Below, piece after piece: positions 61,758 through 64,000 of a stretch of 64,000 nt of DNA. A program made the position numbers and the translations under genes. Below the pieces are notes generated by a model, which saw only the letters and a list, made by a program, of their open reading frames with translations, was not told where the DNA came from and ran no database searches. The stretch is from assembly GCA_030141605.1 (NCBI GenBank), contig JAQGDQ010000002.1, positions 2,914,001-2,978,000 on the forward strand, written 5' to 3'. Source of the stretch: Tubiluchus corallicola. Lineage: Eukaryota; Animalia; Priapulida. Position 1 is the stretch's first letter. The number at the start of each line of letters is the position of its first letter.

Positions 61758-64000
61758 ATTCTCTCACTTTTGCTCAGCTCTCTAGGCTTAATCTCAGAAA
61801 CTTCTCACTTGTCTGTGTTTCTCTCCACTCACGCCCTTTCCGTCAATCTTCGCGTCTAATTCGCTTTCAATTGGTTACCAACTTTCTTGGAGTAGACTTA
61901 TAGTGAAATATATCTTGCTTCAATAGGCGTGATGAAAAATAGGTTTTCCTCATTAAACTTAACCCATCGCATCATAATTCATTACAAGTTAATTAAAAAA
62001 TGCTCAAAAATGTTTCAATAAATTTCTAGACGTGCATAAATTTCCGACGTACGCATTGCGAATTGTGCCAAAGAATTTTCTTTTGAGTGTCACCCAAAAC
62101 GAGCACACACATTCTGGCAACGCCCCTGTAAGGAAGCACATGAGCTAAGGTAGATCAGGCATATAGCGGCACACGTGTCCCAGTAACGCACGATTTAAGG
62201 AAGGAAAAGTTTGGAAGGCAGAAGCAGTAAAACTCCGTGTAAGAGTTGATAAAGCATCTCCAGATGCAAGCTTACACGGGCTCATTGGGTAAGTGCAATA
62301 TTAGTCAAATTTAATGTTAATGTAATTAATGTTGGTTTGTGTTTCTATAATTATAAAGTGATGAAGTACAAAAAATAGCACTTTTGTCATTGCAATGAAA
62401 AGCAGACAATTAAAAGCTTAATTGTTAATACACACATGCAAATATACACAAATTTGCAAAACAAATGAATCCCATTCATTGCAAGTAATACTAGCAATAG
62501 TACACAATGTATTATATTGAGAGTCTTACTTTAATACGAGTCGAGAATGGCAGGATTATTTGTTTGCAAAAATAGAATTTTATGGAAATGAGGTTTTAAA
62601 AATATAAGAAAGTAAATAAAACGAGTGATTTGTTTTAATAGCAGCATTTACCTATAATACAGATTATTTGTTTTTTGCGAATGTTGAGAAGGGAATACTG
62701 AAATGACAAATAGTCTCAAAAGTTAAAAAAATGGTTGGTAAAACCAGAAAGCACACTTTGTCAGATTCCGGTAGTTAGTATATCGTTATTATTATTTCCA
62801 GTTATGGTAATCTCACTTTTACAAAACCAGGATAAACAATATAATTTAATGCGTAATGCCAGCCCATGAGATTTACATGCAAATACTGCCATTTAGAGTG
62901 GAAAAATATTTCAAAATAATATCTTCAACTAAATTTATAATAATAGTGAGGTGGCTAAATTAGAATCTTTCACACGGATAAAACTGGGTAACTTGCGTAA
63001 GCTGTAAACAGGATTGAAATGGCGTACTATTTTCCAATTTAAAAAAGCACTTTTGGGATGCGTACAAAACGGAAACCAGAAAACTCGTTCCGTCATTATC
63101 ATGTAGTTGAACCTACTCTGTGCAATATGGAAACTAAATGTTACAAGGGCATGCAAATTAAAGTATAACAACGTTTATTTTTGTTGCTTTCAGTATAAGA
63201 AACGTTTCTATATAAGACTGTGGAAAAGATATGAAATGATTTTATTTATTGAATTTTTATAATCGCCACGAATTCTGCGCCGACTGTACACCTTTCCATG
63301 GTCTCAAATTTTATTTTTAATAATCGGCCCACGTGTAACAGAATTCCAAGCAAACTTTGTTCCATCAATTTTGAATTTGACTTTCAGATCTTCTGTCCCA
63401 AGTTGCATATGTGAGAGTAATTAATACTTTTCGAGCTTTTCTATAGTTTGTAGATTTTTTTCTGAAAATTCTACATTTATGAATCTACGAATTTTGCACA
63501 TTTTCACTGCTTTGTAGATTTCAAAGAAAACACAAATTTCCGAAAGTTGCGATGATTGAATACTTTGTTATTTCACTTCCTTTGCCACGTTATACATTTT
63601 CACCCGACAGGTAATGGAAGGAAACAATCTCGCTAGTTAATATTTTTACCCCAACTAATAATAAGCCGGTTTACTTAAAAAGCTAGGTGTTGAATTTTAT
63701 TATTTAAACTGCACCTCGAAATTTACATGTAGTCAATGTGATAATCAGCAGTCACTCATAATTGCAATATTGTTGTTGTTATTATTATTATAGTAATTCC
63801 TAGTATTAAAACCACCACACTTACCCCCACTTTTGTCATTTCCAATAAACAAGGAATAGTCAAACATTTTAAAAACATGCTTTATATTACGTATTACAAA
63901 GTAGCGCAATAGATATACTTAAAGCCGCTTTTAACATCTTTTTGTGCCCAGTATGAAGCATACCAATATGACGCCTTAAAGCCACCTTGTTTGGTAACGG

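Overview
AT-rich animal genomic DNA, probably from an invertebrate; the species cannot be determined. The window holds the 5' part of a TMTC2-like protein O-mannosyltransferase gene on the minus strand: coding exon 1 at 54624-54709 (missed by the ORF track), a 44,811-bp phase-2 intron, and exon 2 at 9125-9812. Intron 2 runs off the left edge of the window. Inside intron 2, antisense to the host gene, is an apparently intact Gmr1-type Ty3/Gypsy LTR retrotransposon with one gag-PR-IN-RT-RH ORF (integrase before RT) and a 1003-bp 3' LTR (4804-5806). That LTR carries a GC-rich block bounded on the host-sense strand by an acceptor and four strong donors. Intron 1 and the upstream region contain many decayed mobile elements (hAT, Kolobok-like and foldback MITEs, a deleted mariner-like element, LINE 3' ends, Helentron-like repeats), microsatellites, a dense ACAGGT[G/T] motif cluster, a possible decayed copy of exon 1, and a possible Polinton-like coding relic. 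I see no clear evidence of a wholly new system; the best leads are listed as findings.
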